From Eledone cirrhosa (Eukaryota), in assembly GCA_964016885.1 (NCBI GenBank), contig OZ024744.1, forward strand, positions 52,638,001 through 52,702,000: a stretch of DNA of 64,000 nucleotides, in the 5' to 3' direction. Under the pieces are notes generated by a model. The model saw nothing but the letters and a program-made list of their open reading frames with translations. It was not told where the DNA came from and did no database searches. The translations under genes were made by a program, and so were the position numbers. Positions 1 to 11,936 of the stretch are shown piece after piece. Each line of letters begins with the position of its first letter. Position 1 is the stretch's first letter.

Positions 1-575
1 TTTGTCCAAGTCCACATTGGCACATTCGGGAAATCCAATCGGTACCTGTCAGACAGTTCAAAACGCCTGAGCAGGTTGGTGAGGCTCTTGCACCCTCCAC
101 CCCTATCCGCTAATCCCACACAGTCCCAGCGTGCATCTAAGATCCCGTTCCAGTCGCCCACTAACACTAAAGAGCGGGACGTTCCAAGAAAGGTCTCCAG
201 ACGCCGGAAGAAATCAGGCCGCCCTGCTCCTGTCGGGGCATAGACAGCCACTAGCCTGAAAGCTTGCCCGTCTCCGCTGGTCACGTCCAGCACCACCAGC
301 TTACCCTCTGGGTCCAGGAAGATGGCCCGTATGGCGAGATCCAAACCTCTCCGAAAAAGCACAGCAACTCCTCCACCCGATCCAGGACGGCTGGGAGATG
401 CGTACACATCGTAGCCGCCGAAGATCGGTACGAAGGCCCGTGCTTCGGAGATTCTGGTCTCGCTGATGGCCACTACATCTATGTTTAGTGACCTGAGGTC
501 GTTGAGCAGGTGACCCTGCTTCCATGACGACCCCAAGCCACGCGCATTTATGCTGCCTGTTCTGAGTGAGGTCAT
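1..575 (-). CDS. ORF2 N-terminus, AP-like endonuclease of Tx1-type LINE (partial)
   Basis: Manual translation from ATG at 575: MTSLRTGSINARGLG...DVVAISETRI...GGGVAVLF...LVAVYAPTG...LVLVGDWN...DRYRLDFPNVPMWTWT. These are canonical APE motifs, and the frame is open to the window edge. Confidence 0.9.
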   Translation of the reverse strand, partial: MTSLRTGSINARGLGSSWKQGHLLNDLRSLNIDVVAISETRISEARAFVPIFGGYDVYASPSRPGSGGGVAVLFRRGLDLAIRAIFLDPEGKLVVLDVTSGDGQAFRLVAVYAPTGAGRPDFFRRLETFLGTSRSLVLVGDWNGILDARWDCVGLADRGGGCKSLTNLLRRFELSDRYRLDFPNVPMWTWT

Positions 576-610
576 GTTTAAAATAGAGTGGAAAAGATGG
601 GAAAGACCAC

Positions 611-2708
611 TTACCGTACTTTTGGTAGAGGAGGGATGGTTTTTACATCCCTTTTCACTTGATCGTCTGGTGAAGGGACCGTTGAATCGTCCCTTCGGCT
701 GGTCGTCGGCTCTTCTAAGAGAATGTCTGAGTATACTCTTCGATTGATGGTTCCTCCTAGGTCCCTGAAATCACCAACTGCGTTGGGGAATTTCGTTTTA
801 ATGTTTGTGTATTGTTTCTGTGCTATTTTTAGCAGTCTTATGTTAGTTGGCGTTTTGATTGGTGCTGGTATTATGTAGTCCTGTTGTGAAATGTCTGTGT
901 GTTCAATTATGTAAGTCATTAGTTTCTTGTTGTGTGTATTTATTGCCGTGCATTTGTTTTTCTGGGGGTGGGGTGTGGTTCTGCTATTTTCTTGTCGTTG
1001 TTGCTGGGTCTGTGTGTTTTGTTGTTGTGTTTGCGATGTTGGTGCTTGTGGTGGTGGTGTTGAAGGTGTTGTTGGCGGTGGGGTTGTCGCCGGTGGTGAT
1101 GGTGGTGCTAGTGTGGGTGGTGATGGTGTTGGTGTTGTTGCTGCTGTGGGTCTCTTTGCAGTAGACTTTACCCTTTTCTCATTTCTTTCCTCCCTTTTCA
1201 AAGGCGACGATGCGCTGCTTCTGCGTTTGTGCCTTCTTGCGACCTTTTGCCATCCCTCTCCCACCTCACACTCCATGTCTGATTCTGTGAGGTCGGGGAG
1301 GGGTACCAGCTCCACTCTTTCACTTGTTGTTGTTGGTGATGTTTGCACTGGAGTCTCTGTTGCAGCTGCATTTGGTATTGCTGTTGTTGTTGTTAATATT
1401 TCCACTGCTGCTGCTGTCTTTGATTTCCGTGGAGTGGGTATGGGTGCCACGGACCTATCGTTCCTGGTTGCCGCTTGTCCTGTTGCTGGTAGCCGTGGAG
1501 CCGGATTCGGAAGGAGGGGGGTTTTCTCCTTTCTCAGGGTCTTCTCGTTGCAGAAGGCCCTGAGGTGAGTCTTCGATCCACAGCGAAAGCATTTCGGGCG
1601 TTTGCCCTCAACACTTATGGGCAGTTGAGTGCCGTTATCGAAGTCTATCACATCCGGGATAGCTTCGATGCACTCCTGGTTGGTTTGGATTAGCATCTCA
1701 ATGGAGGAGCCGACCCAATCTTCTCTTACTTTTTTCTGTACTTGCAGTACAGTTGTTTTGTCCTCGATTCCGACGAGGACAGACGCGGCCAGCCAAGAAG
1801 GGGTCATTCCGGGGGGGGACGTGGGTCAGTTTGACCCTCACAATTTTTTGCCCGCAGTAGGAGGGCACCAACACCATTTCCTCGCTCCTTAGGGTCACTA
1901 CTGATTGGGCCTTTGCCTCCTGGGGTGTGGCAAAAAGTACGTCTACGGTGGCGTATTTTTTGCCTCGGGTGATGTGCGTTTTCCTCTGCCACACAGACCC
2001 CAAGGCTTTTTGTATTTGGGCCTCTGTGGCTCTTTCCACCCTACGGGATTTTGTACTTACTGTACGGTACGTGACCGTACAGTGCTCTTGGGTTTCGAAA
2101 AAATTTTTCGCTGCCTTGCAGATTGCTCGGTGTCCGTTCTTTGTCACCATCTTCTTCGCTTCCTCTAATTCCTCATTTGTTATGAGGATTGTTTCCAGGT
2201 TTTTCGCAATACCTGCAAATGAGATTGGTTTTTCTCTGCTGTTGTTGTTGTCGTCAGAGCTGCTGGTACTTTTGTTGTTGCTGCAGGTACTACGACTACT
2301 GCCTCCGCCGCTGTTGCTGTGGTTGTTGTTGGTGTTGCTGCTGCTAATGCTGTTGTTGTTTATGCTGCTGGTGATGCTGTTGCGGCTGCTACTGTTGTTT
2401 TCATTGTCACTGTTGCTGTTGTTATTACGGCTGCTACTGCTATTATTCCTGACGTCAGACGAATGAACTGGGTTTTCGTATTTCCCGCACACCTGTTTCG
2501 TCGCTGTCGTCGTCGTCGTGGAGAAACCTTGCACGCTTTGCACGAGACTTTTCTTTTCTTTCGTCGCTTGCGAAAGAGAAGGGAGGGAGAGAGACACATT
2601 TAAAGAAGGGAGGGAGAGAGACAATCTTCTCTCTGCTGTAGTGATGATTGAGGAAGAAGAAGACGGAATGAGTGGGAGTGACGTATGAAATTTCTTTTTC
2701 GTAGCCAT
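611..2708 (-). pseudogene. ORF1 (gag-like, zinc knuckle) of Tx1 copy A, split by one frameshift
   Basis: ORFs 1698..2708 and 611..1807 join at the G-run near 1811-1818 (VPP|GMTPSW expected). Contains the CFRCGSKTHLRAFC knuckle and low-complexity N/S/T and P/T/Q tracts. Confidence 0.8.
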
Positions 2709-2910
2709 GTTTTTTGTTTAAAATGAAATTTTGGGTACAAAACCCCAATAACTGGTTATTTAACCCCGAAGGGCCAAATAACGGACACAAAGACCCCTCT
2801 CACGAGGAGGAGGGTGTCTTTATCAACAATTTGGTTCAAGTTTTAAACAATTTACAATTCTTTTAACGGTTAAAAATTACTATACTTACAGAGCCGAGCC
2901 TCCGTCAACC

Positions 2911-2919
2911 ATGGCATTC

Positions 2920-2964
<45 letters not shown>

Positions 2965-5900
2965 GAAATGAATGAGAATGAACTTGCCAACTTGAAGGAT
3001 GAAATTATGATCGAATGGATGAAAATGAAAGAATCTGACATGGGGGAACGAGACACCCTCCCTAAGATCCAGAACTCCAAACAGAACCAAAAGATAATAC
3101 ACAAGACTAACATAATTCTCAAAAACATTATCATCACAAACAAAATAAACATTACTGACTTAAATCATCTCTATTATGCATCGGCTAAAGTCACCACTCA
3201 CTTATGTGGAGTGAAGATGAAAAAACAAAGGAATTCCCACAAGAAATCTACTTGGCAAGATAACATCAATCGCCAAATAAACCTTCTCCGATCTGACATA
3301 GAAATTTTAACAAACTATAAAGTAGGTGAACATGTTAAACAAACTAAACTTAGAAAATTGAAAAAAAAGTACAGTATAAGATCAACATGTGACATAGACA
3401 TGCTGATAGAAACAATCAAGCAAAAAGTGTCGGCCAAAGCTGCTCGTATAAGGCGCTTTGAAAAACGATCTAGATTCTATAAGGACAATAATATGTTCAA
3501 AAACAACCAAAGAAACTTCTACAGAAAAATTGGTAAGTCAACAATAACTGCTAAATCAATACCACCCAAGGAGGAAGTGCAAGAATTCTGGGAAAAGATC
3601 TGGGCCGAAGAAAAAGTTCATAACATACATGCCCCATGGATAGACAGACAAATGAAAGAAACAGCTCACCTTGAAGAACAAACATGGGAAAATATGACAG
3701 TTGAACAGCTGCGCTTGGCTCTAAGAAAAACCAGCAAATGGAAATCCCCAGGAAAAGACAAAATACAAAACTTTTGGATAAATGCCTTCACAGAGTCTCA
3801 TGAGCTGTTAGCCCAACTTTACAATGAAATAGTTAAGGAGCCAGAAAAGATACCATCATGGCTAGTTAACGGCATTACATTCCTGCTACCGAAGAATGAT
3901 GAGACAAACAATCCCAAAAATTACAGACCGATAACCTGCTTGACCACAATGTATAAAATGTTAACATCAGTCCTAACTGAATACACATATGACCACCTGA
4001 TAACAAATGACCTATTTCCATTGAGCAGAAAGGGTGTAAACGAGGCTCATATGGCTGTAAGGATCAGCTTCTGGTTAACAAAATGATACTGGAAGATTGT
4101 CATAATAGACACAAAAATCTATCGATTGCTTGGATAGATTATAAAAAAGCATTCGATAGTTTGCCACACAGTTGTATTGAAAAATGTTTAGAGATTTTCA
4201 AAATATCCCCCGTTGTCAGGAGGTTTTTGTCATTCAGTATGAGGACATGGAGAACGACACTCCTTTTGAATAGTGAAACAAAATCACTGGAAGCTGGAGA
4301 AGTTAACATTAATTGTGGAATTTTTCAGGGTGACTCTTTATCACCGCTTTTATTCTGCATCGCACTTATACCATTAAGTAAAATGCTCAATGAAACAAAA
4401 CATGGATATAGAGTCTATGACAAAACCATTAATCACCTGTTCTACATGGATGACCTGAAACTATTCGCAAAAAATGATGAACAATTGCAAGGGCTATTAT
4501 CCACTGTGAAGCAGTTCAGTGATGACATTAAAATGGAGTTTGGACTGGATAAATGCGCCAAAGCAACGTTCACCAGAGGAAAGCTGCTGAAGAGTTCAGA
4601 CATTAATCTTGATCGGGGGAACGTGATAAGAGAGCTTGATCAAGAACAAACTTACAAATATCTAGGTGTTTGTGAAGGAGACGGAATCAAGCACTCGACA
4701 ATGAGGGAAAGGATAAGGAAGGAATGTTACCGCAGAGTCAGAGCAATCTTAAGAACGGAATTGAATGCAAGGAATAGGATCGATGCCATAAACACGCTTG
4801 CCATACCAGTAGTAACCTACAGTTACAATGTCATCAACTGGTCAAGCACAGAGATCCGTAGGCTCGATACAAAAATCCGAAAATTCTTAACCATGCACAG
4901 AATGCATCACCCTAAGGCAGACATAGATAGAATATATCTCCCTAGGAAAGAAGGAGGACGTGGGTTAATCCAGTTAGACATTGCGTTGAAAACTGCAACA
5001 ATTGGATTATCCACATATCTAAGGGAATCACATGATTGGATGATCAAACTCGTTTTGAAACACGAAAGCACCAAAAGATCATATTCCATTACAAAAGATG
5101 CACAAAGATACAGTAATGGACTACAAATTTCAGAAGTCCCATTTACTGCTGAAATGGAAAACACAGAAAAAGCAAAGCAGGTAAAAGTAACTGCAAAGGA
5201 AGAACTGCTACAGAAACTGGCTAAGAAATGGCAAGAAAAGCCTCTGTATGGAAAATACCCAGAGCGAGCTAACAATCCTGATGTTGACAAAACTTTAACC
5301 CATCAGTGGTTGGCATCCTCTGGACTGAAATCGGAGACTGAAGGACTGATTATATCGGCACAAGATCAGTGTCTGCCAACAAAAAATTACCAAGCCAACA
5401 TAATAAAAAATGGGTGCAGCCCATTATGCCGTGTATGCAAAAAACAACCAGAGCCCATTGACCATATAATTTCAATGTGCAGTCCTATAGCTCCAACCGA
5501 ATACCTAAACAGGCATGACAGAGCTGCACAATACATACATTGGATAATGTGTAAGCATTTTGACCTGCCCCATCAAAAGAATTGGTGGGAGCATCAACCA
5601 CCTCCCATACTTGAAAAAGATCACATCTCAATCTTGTGGAACTTTAGCATCCAAACAGACCGAAAAATAGATGCAAATAGACCTGATATAATATTGAAGG
5701 ACTTTCAAAGGAGGGTATGCCTGCTAATTGATATGTCTGTTCCAATAGACAAGAATGTATCTATAAAAACATTTGAAAAATTGAGCAAGTATAAGGACCT
5801 GGAGATAGAAATTGGAAAAATGTGGAAATTGAGAACTAAAACAATACCAGTGGTTGTAGGCGCTCTGGGAATGATACCTAAGGGATCTAACGACTACTTA

Positions 5901-5993
5901 TCGCAAATCCCAGGAAACCCGCGTATAGGAGAAATACAAAAGATAGTACTAATGGGAACTGCCCATATACTAAGGAAGATCCTGTCAATATAA
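2911..5993 (+). pseudogene. RT-RLE ORF of Dong-like copy 1 (ORFs 2911..4086 + 4083..5993)
   Basis: Restoring one base at about 4021 gives ...[30 protein letters not shown]..., a conserved RT segment, and fuses the two ORFs. Confidence 0.85.
2920..2962 (+). repeat. (AAT)n microsatellite, target of the R4/Dong insertion
   Basis: Pure AAT repeat. The same repeat recurs at 6137-6177 and 8082-8101. Confidence 0.95.
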
Positions 5994-6135
5994 GTACATC
6001 ACAAGTCTAAACACTAAGGATGCATGTGTGAATATGTGTGTTCTTTCTTGAACATGGCGGACCTTGTTGTCTCTTGAGGTCACTGGTTGTGACTTGGTGA
6101 TAACTCGTATAAACATAAAGCAAGATAAATGCAAA
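2961..6135 (+). mobile_element. R4/Dong-clade RLE non-LTR retrotransposon, copy 1 (probably 5'-truncated, one frameshift near 4021)
   Basis: RT motifs [34 protein letters not shown] and FYMDD. C-terminal CRVC..HIISMC, RHD, PDIILKD and K..KY restriction-like endonuclease motifs. Flanked by (AAT)n, as known for Dong elements. Confidence 0.9.
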
Positions 6136-6177
6136 AAATAATAATAATAATAATAATAGTAATAGTAATAATAATAA

Positions 6178-8081
6178 TTCAGTATGAAGACATGGAAAAC
6201 GGCACTCCTTTTGAATAGTGAAACAAAATCAATGGAAGCTGGAGAAGTTAATATTAATTGTGGAATTTTTCAGGGGACTCTTTATCACCGCTTTTATTCT
6301 GCATCGCACTTATACCATTAAGTAAAATGCTCAATGAAACAAAACATGGATATAAAGTCTATGACAAAACCATTAATCACCTGTTCTACATGGATGACCT
6401 GAAATTATTTGCAAAAAATGATGAACAATTGCAAGGGCTATTATCCACTATGAAGCAGTTCAGTGATGACATTAAAATGGAGTTTGGACTAGATAAATGC
6501 GCCAAAGCAACGTTCACCAGAGGAAAGCTACTGAAGAGTTCAGACATTAATCTTGATCGGGGGAACGTGATAAGAGAACTTGATCAAGAAAAAACTTACA
6601 AATATCTAGGTGTTTGTGAAGGAGACGGAATCAAGCACTGGACAATGAGGGAAAGGATAAGGAAGGAATGTTACCGCAGAGTAAGAGCAAACTTAAGAAC
6701 GGAATTGAATGCAAGGAATAGGATCGATGCCATAAACACGCTTGCCATACCAGTAGTAACCTACAGTTACAATGTCATCAACTGGTCAAGCACAGAGATC
6801 CGTAGGCTCGATACAAAAATTCGAAAATTCTTAACCATGCACAGAATGCATCACCCTAAGGCAGATATAGATAGAATATATCTCCCTAGAAAAGAAGGAG
6901 GACGTGGGTTAATCCAGTTAGACATTGCGTTGAAAACTGCAACAATTGGATTATCTACATATCTAAGGGAATCACATGATTGGATGATCAAACTCGTTTT
7001 GAAACACGAAAGCATCAAAAGATCATATTCCATTACAAAAGATGCACAAAGATACAGTAATGGACTACAAATTTCAGAAGTCCCATTTACTTCTGAAATG
7101 GAAAACACAGAAAAAGCAAAGCAGGTAAAAGTAACTGCAAAGAAAGAACTGCTACAGAAACTGGCTAAGAAATGGCAAGAAAAGCCTCTGTATGGAAAAT
7201 ACCCAGAGCGAGCTAACAATCCTGATGTTGACAAAACTTCAACCCATCAGTGGTTGGCATGCTCTGGACTGAAATCGGAGACTGAAGGACTGATTATATC
7301 GGCACCAGATCAGTGTCTGCCAACAAAAAATTACCAAGCCAACATAATAAAAAATGGGTGCAGCCCATTATGCCGTGTATGCAAAAAACAACCAGAGACC
7401 ATTGACCATATAATTTCAATGTGCAGTCCTATAGCTCCAACCGAATACCTAAACAGGCATGACAGAGCTGCACAATACATACATTGGATAATGTGTAAGC
7501 ATTTTGACCTGCCCCATCAAAAGAATTGGTGGGAGCATCAACCACCTCCCATACTTGAAAAAGATCACATCTCAATCTTGTGGAACTTTAGCATCCAAAC
7601 AGACCGAAAAATAGATGCAAACAGACCTGATATAATATTGAAAGACTTTCAAAAGAGGGTATGCCTGCTAATTGATATGTCTGTTCCAATAGACAAGAAT
7701 GTATCTATAAAAACATTTGAAAAATTGAGCAAGTATAAGGACCTGGAGATAGAAATTGGAAAAATGTGGAAATTGAGAACTAAAACAATACCAGTGGTTG
7801 TAGGCGCTCTGGGAATGATACCTAAGGGGTCTAATGATTACATATCGCAAATCCCAGGAAACCCGCGTATAGGAGAAATACAAAAGATAGTACTAATGGG
7901 AACTGCCCATATACTAAGGAAGATTCTGTCAATATAAGTACATCACAAGTCTAAACACTAAAGATGCATGTGTGAATATGTATGTTCTTTCTTGAACATG
8001 GCGGACCTTGTTGTCTCTTGAGGTCACTGGTTGTGACTTGGTGATAACTCGTATGAACATAAAGCAAGATAAATGCAACTG
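6178..8081 (+). mobile_element. R4/Dong-like copy 2, 5'-truncated tandem copy
   Basis: Near-identical to about 4233-6135, with a 1-bp deletion at about 6275 (CAGGGGACTC versus CAGGGTGACTC). ORF 6258..7937 carries RT and RLE motifs. Bounded by (AAT)n on both sides. Confidence 0.9.
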
Positions 8082-8100
8082 TAATAATAATAATAATAAT

Positions 8101-11100
8101 TTCATTATTGGCCACAAGGGCTGACATCAAGAAAAACATTAGAGACAGCAGAGGACGGTACAGGACGTTACGATCTGGGTTTTGTGCGTGTAAATATTTT
8201 TATTATTTATATAAGAAAAGAAAAAAAGACATAGAAACATATATATATATAAACAATAAAAATGAAAATTGAAACAATGAAAAATTCCCCAATAGGGGGG
8301 AAACCTCCGAGGGTTACTCGTGGCGAAAACCACACAAAAGACCACGGCCACCCTAACCACCAGGGCAAGCGCACTCTCTCAATTTTTCTATCTCTCAAAC
8401 TACAGACGTTTATTCAGAGCGGTCCCATTCACTCGGACCATTCTCGCTACATTCACCCACCTTTCAACAAACTTGCTAGAAGGCAGCACTTGCCTCTCCA
8501 CCCTGATTTTCCTCTTCAAGTGAAACTTGAAAAAGTTAATTAGGGATTCGCCGAAGAGGAAAGTGTCTGTCTTTAACCCTTTCAACCTTGTCCACCACAC
8601 AATCTCTTTCGCCATGACCACAAGGCAGATGAAAACCCCCTGCCCCTCCTCCTCGAAGGAAGACGGCGAGACCATCTGCACAATGGACTCAGTCGATAAC
8701 CGCATCAATCCTACACGCGGCAGCAACTGTTCGACATAGCTCCACAAGTCAGCTTTGGTTCCCTCGTTTCTCAGCGCACGCGCCTTGGCTCTCACAATGC
8801 AACCTTCGTGTTTCGCATTGAAGAAATGGTCTAATGCCATTCTCGCCGCTAGCACGTCAGGTGCAATGCCACTACGAATAGCCTCGTCTAAACTATCTAC
8901 CTGCTCCCTCTCCTATCTATTTTTCTCTAACGCTAGTTCTTTGCTGAACTCTATCGAAGTTACTCTAATCTCTCTTTTGAGAGCCACCCATCATCTGTTG
9001 TTGATGATCCCCCCTGTCAACTTTTGCTTTACTAAATTGTTGACTCGGTCCCTGTAAGCCTTACGTGCCGGAAATGACATATTCAGATTCCAGTATCCCG
9101 GTCCCAACCTACGCGTTTTATCTAGGTCGACTAAACAGATCACAAATTTGTGATCTGAATAGGCGACCGTTTTAAAAATTGGGCAGCCTACATTATTTCT
9201 ATCTATTTTCTTAATAAAGATCCTGTCTATATACGATCTAGATAACCCTATGCGCTTGGTCCACGTCCACACTGGCGCATTGGGGGGAAGTCTAGTCGAA
9301 CCTGTCAGACAGTTTGGACTGGCTGATTAGGTGTTTGAGGCTTTTGCACCCCCCGCTCCTATCAGCTACTCCCACACAATCCCAGCGTGCGTCTAAGATG
9401 CCGTTCCAGTCCCCCGCTAACATTAGAGGACGAGACGTACCCAGAAAGGTTTCCAGGCGCCTGAAGAAGTCCGGTCATCTGGCCCCAGTAGGGGCGTAGA
9501 CGGCCAGCAGTCTAAAAGTACCACCTTCGCTACTGCTCACATCCAGGATAACCAACTTACCGTATGGTTCCCGGAAGATCGACCTTACCTCGAGATCCAG
9601 ATCTTTCCTAAACAGCACCTCCACCCCACCTCCCATTCCCGGCCTACCAACAGATGTGAAGATCTGACAGTCGTCGAAAATGAGGGCTAGTGCGCGCGTG
9701 TCGGAAATCCTGGTCTCGCTGACGGCAATCACATTCATTTCCAGAGACCTGAGGTCGTTGAATAGGTGACCCTGATTCCAGTGAGATCCCAGGCCGAGAA
9801 CATTTAAACTCCTACTCTGAATATGGCCATATTGGCAAGCTAAAAGAGAAAAGAAAGGTTTACTTACCTCCCGGGTACTTGTAAAGGTCGGGTGGTTCGA
9901 CCTCCATAGTTGGTGGTGTTTCTTTTGGGAACCCCTTTAAAAGTCTTGATGTGGGTTTTACGTTCGGGGTTCCCACGTCTCGAAGAAAGCTCTCTCGAAT
10001 TTCTTTGTAGGAATTGAGCGACGTTCACACCAGAAGCAAATCTTGTAGCACGCAAAATGTGTTCAATCTCAAAGATCTCTCCCTCTGTTTGGATGTCCTC
10101 GCTTCGTGCTAAGAGGACCATCAACTTAACGTTGGCCCTTCTGACAAGCACGAAGTTTTAAATTTTTGTTGGTATGGTTTTATTTGTTTTCGTTTTGGTG
10201 ACTGTGGTGGTGATGGTTTTGGTGGTGTTGTTTCGGGTATGTCTGTGTTTGTTGTAGGTGTGGTGTCTGCAATTTCAGGTGTCTGTGTTTATTTGTTCTT
10301 GTGTTTGTTTAGGTTGTTTGCGTTTCGGAGATTGTGGGGGTGATGTTGATGTTGGTGTTGATGTTATTGAGGAAGTGTTTGCGTTAGTGGTGTATTTTTT
10401 GTTGTGTATATTTTTGTGTTTTGTTGGGGCTTTTTTTTTTGTGAGTTTTCTCTTTTGTTTTTTAGGCACTTTTGGGTTTCCTTCATCTTCACTGCTGGAA
10501 GACAAAGGGTCTCTGGCTGAGAGTGTATCTGTGCCTGTGTGTGCATTTATTGTTTTGTCTATGTATATAATTGGAGGCGTAGGGGCAGTGGGAGAGCTTT
10601 CCTCGTTTTCCCCTTGGATTGCTTTCGGTGCTGGTGGTGGTTCGACTGTTTTTGATGTTGGTGGGGTTACCCGTGTTATTGTTAGTGCTGTTTTTGGAGG
10701 TGGTGGTGCAGCTTTCCGTGCTGACACTGTTGTTGGCAACAAAGGAGGTTTGCGACCCCCTGCATTTTTTAGCTGAGGGCAGTAGGCTTGCAGATGCGTT
10801 GCTTCCCCGCAGACGAAGCAGTGCGGCCTTCCTCCCTCAGCGATTAATTGGATTGTTGTCCCGTCCTGCAGGCGGGCAAAACCGGTATGTTGTTGATGCC
10901 CTCTGGTTTGATTTGGAGAGAAATCTCTAAATCCATTCCGGACCAGTCTTCTCTCTCTGTCCTTTTGATATCCAGGAGGGTAGTGTCTGTCCCCTCCTCG
11001 ATTACGCATCCCAGGAGCCACCATATCTTCATTCCTGGTGGGATCCTGGGAAAGCGGACCTTTACTGTCCTTTTGCCCATGTAGGACAGGTGCATGAAAA

Positions 11101-11936
11101 CGGGTGCATGAAAATGCGTTCCGTTCTGCAGGGTGTCACTGAGTTGTTATTAGCAAGGGCCTCGGAAATGCATCGAAATTACACCGTCCTCCTTTGCATG
11201 GCCGCTATTGCCCCGTCCGGGATGGTCAGGTTTTCCCACGACTTCTCCCGTTTAATTAGCCTGCACGCCTGGGCCAACTGTTCGTCTTTAACTCTAATAT
11301 CAATATTCAATAAGCGCTTTGTTTTCGCTGCCGCCGCTGCAAAGGTGGAACCTCTGTTGTTCTTGTTTTTGGTGTTGTCGTTCTTGCTGTTGTTGTTGGT
11401 GTTGTTGTTGTCTTGTTGGTTGTTGCTGTTACCACCGCCATCCGTGTTTACATTGAGGCTGTCGGTGTTATTGTCGTTGTTGTTCTTACTTGTTGTTGTG
11501 GTGGTGGTGGTGATGTCGTTTTCGGATGATACTGCTGCTAACACAGAAGGGAGCGGTTGTGGTGGTAACTTTTGAGTTTTGCCTTGATATTCAGTGGAAT
11601 GGACGACAGACATGTCTGTAGTAGTCGTAGTTGTGGTGAGATCTACAGTGGCTGCTTTTGAACTTTTGACCTGAACGTTGTTTACCGTTTCAAGGTCGAC
11701 AATTTCCATTTTTTTTTTGGTGGGGAAGCGATTTTTTCGATGTTTTTAAAAATAATTCTGAATATATTCGGGATTAAAACCAGAATATTGAGAGGTCTCT
11801 CTGCCTTGAGACCAACGTGGGTACCTTATGTTTCGTTAACGACAAGAAAATACAAAAAAATGATACTTTAAAACAGCTTAAAGTTACGAACCTTTTCCCC
11901 CGCAGACTTGTGCGTCTTCATACATGTGCGTCCAAA
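8101..11936 (-). mobile_element. Tx1-like LINE copy B, internally deleted (ORF1 + endonuclease + C-terminus, no RT)
   Basis: Fragmented ORF1 from 11709 to about 9860 with CFVCGEATHLQAYC. Degraded APE from ATG at 9830 (VSETRI, VYAPTG, YIDRIF, YSDH, GYWNLN). At about 8752 the ORF jumps directly to the C-terminal DLWSYVEQLL..INFFKFHLKRK segment. The 3' tail reads GCCCTTGTGGCCAATAATGAAATT. Confidence 0.85.

Larger units (their letters stand above)
1..2920 (-). mobile_element. Tx1/L1-clade non-LTR retrotransposon, copy A (5' UTR, ORF1, start of ORF2; runs off the window)
   Basis: Gag-like ORF1 with a CCHC knuckle is followed by an APE endonuclease ORF2 on the minus strand. The 5' end abuts an (AAT)n tract. 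Confidence 0.85.

Noticed and set aside
859-2603. Plus-strand hydrophobic ORFs overlapping Tx1 ORF1 (also 10258-11575)
   Set aside because: Antisense shadows of low-complexity ORF1 sequence.
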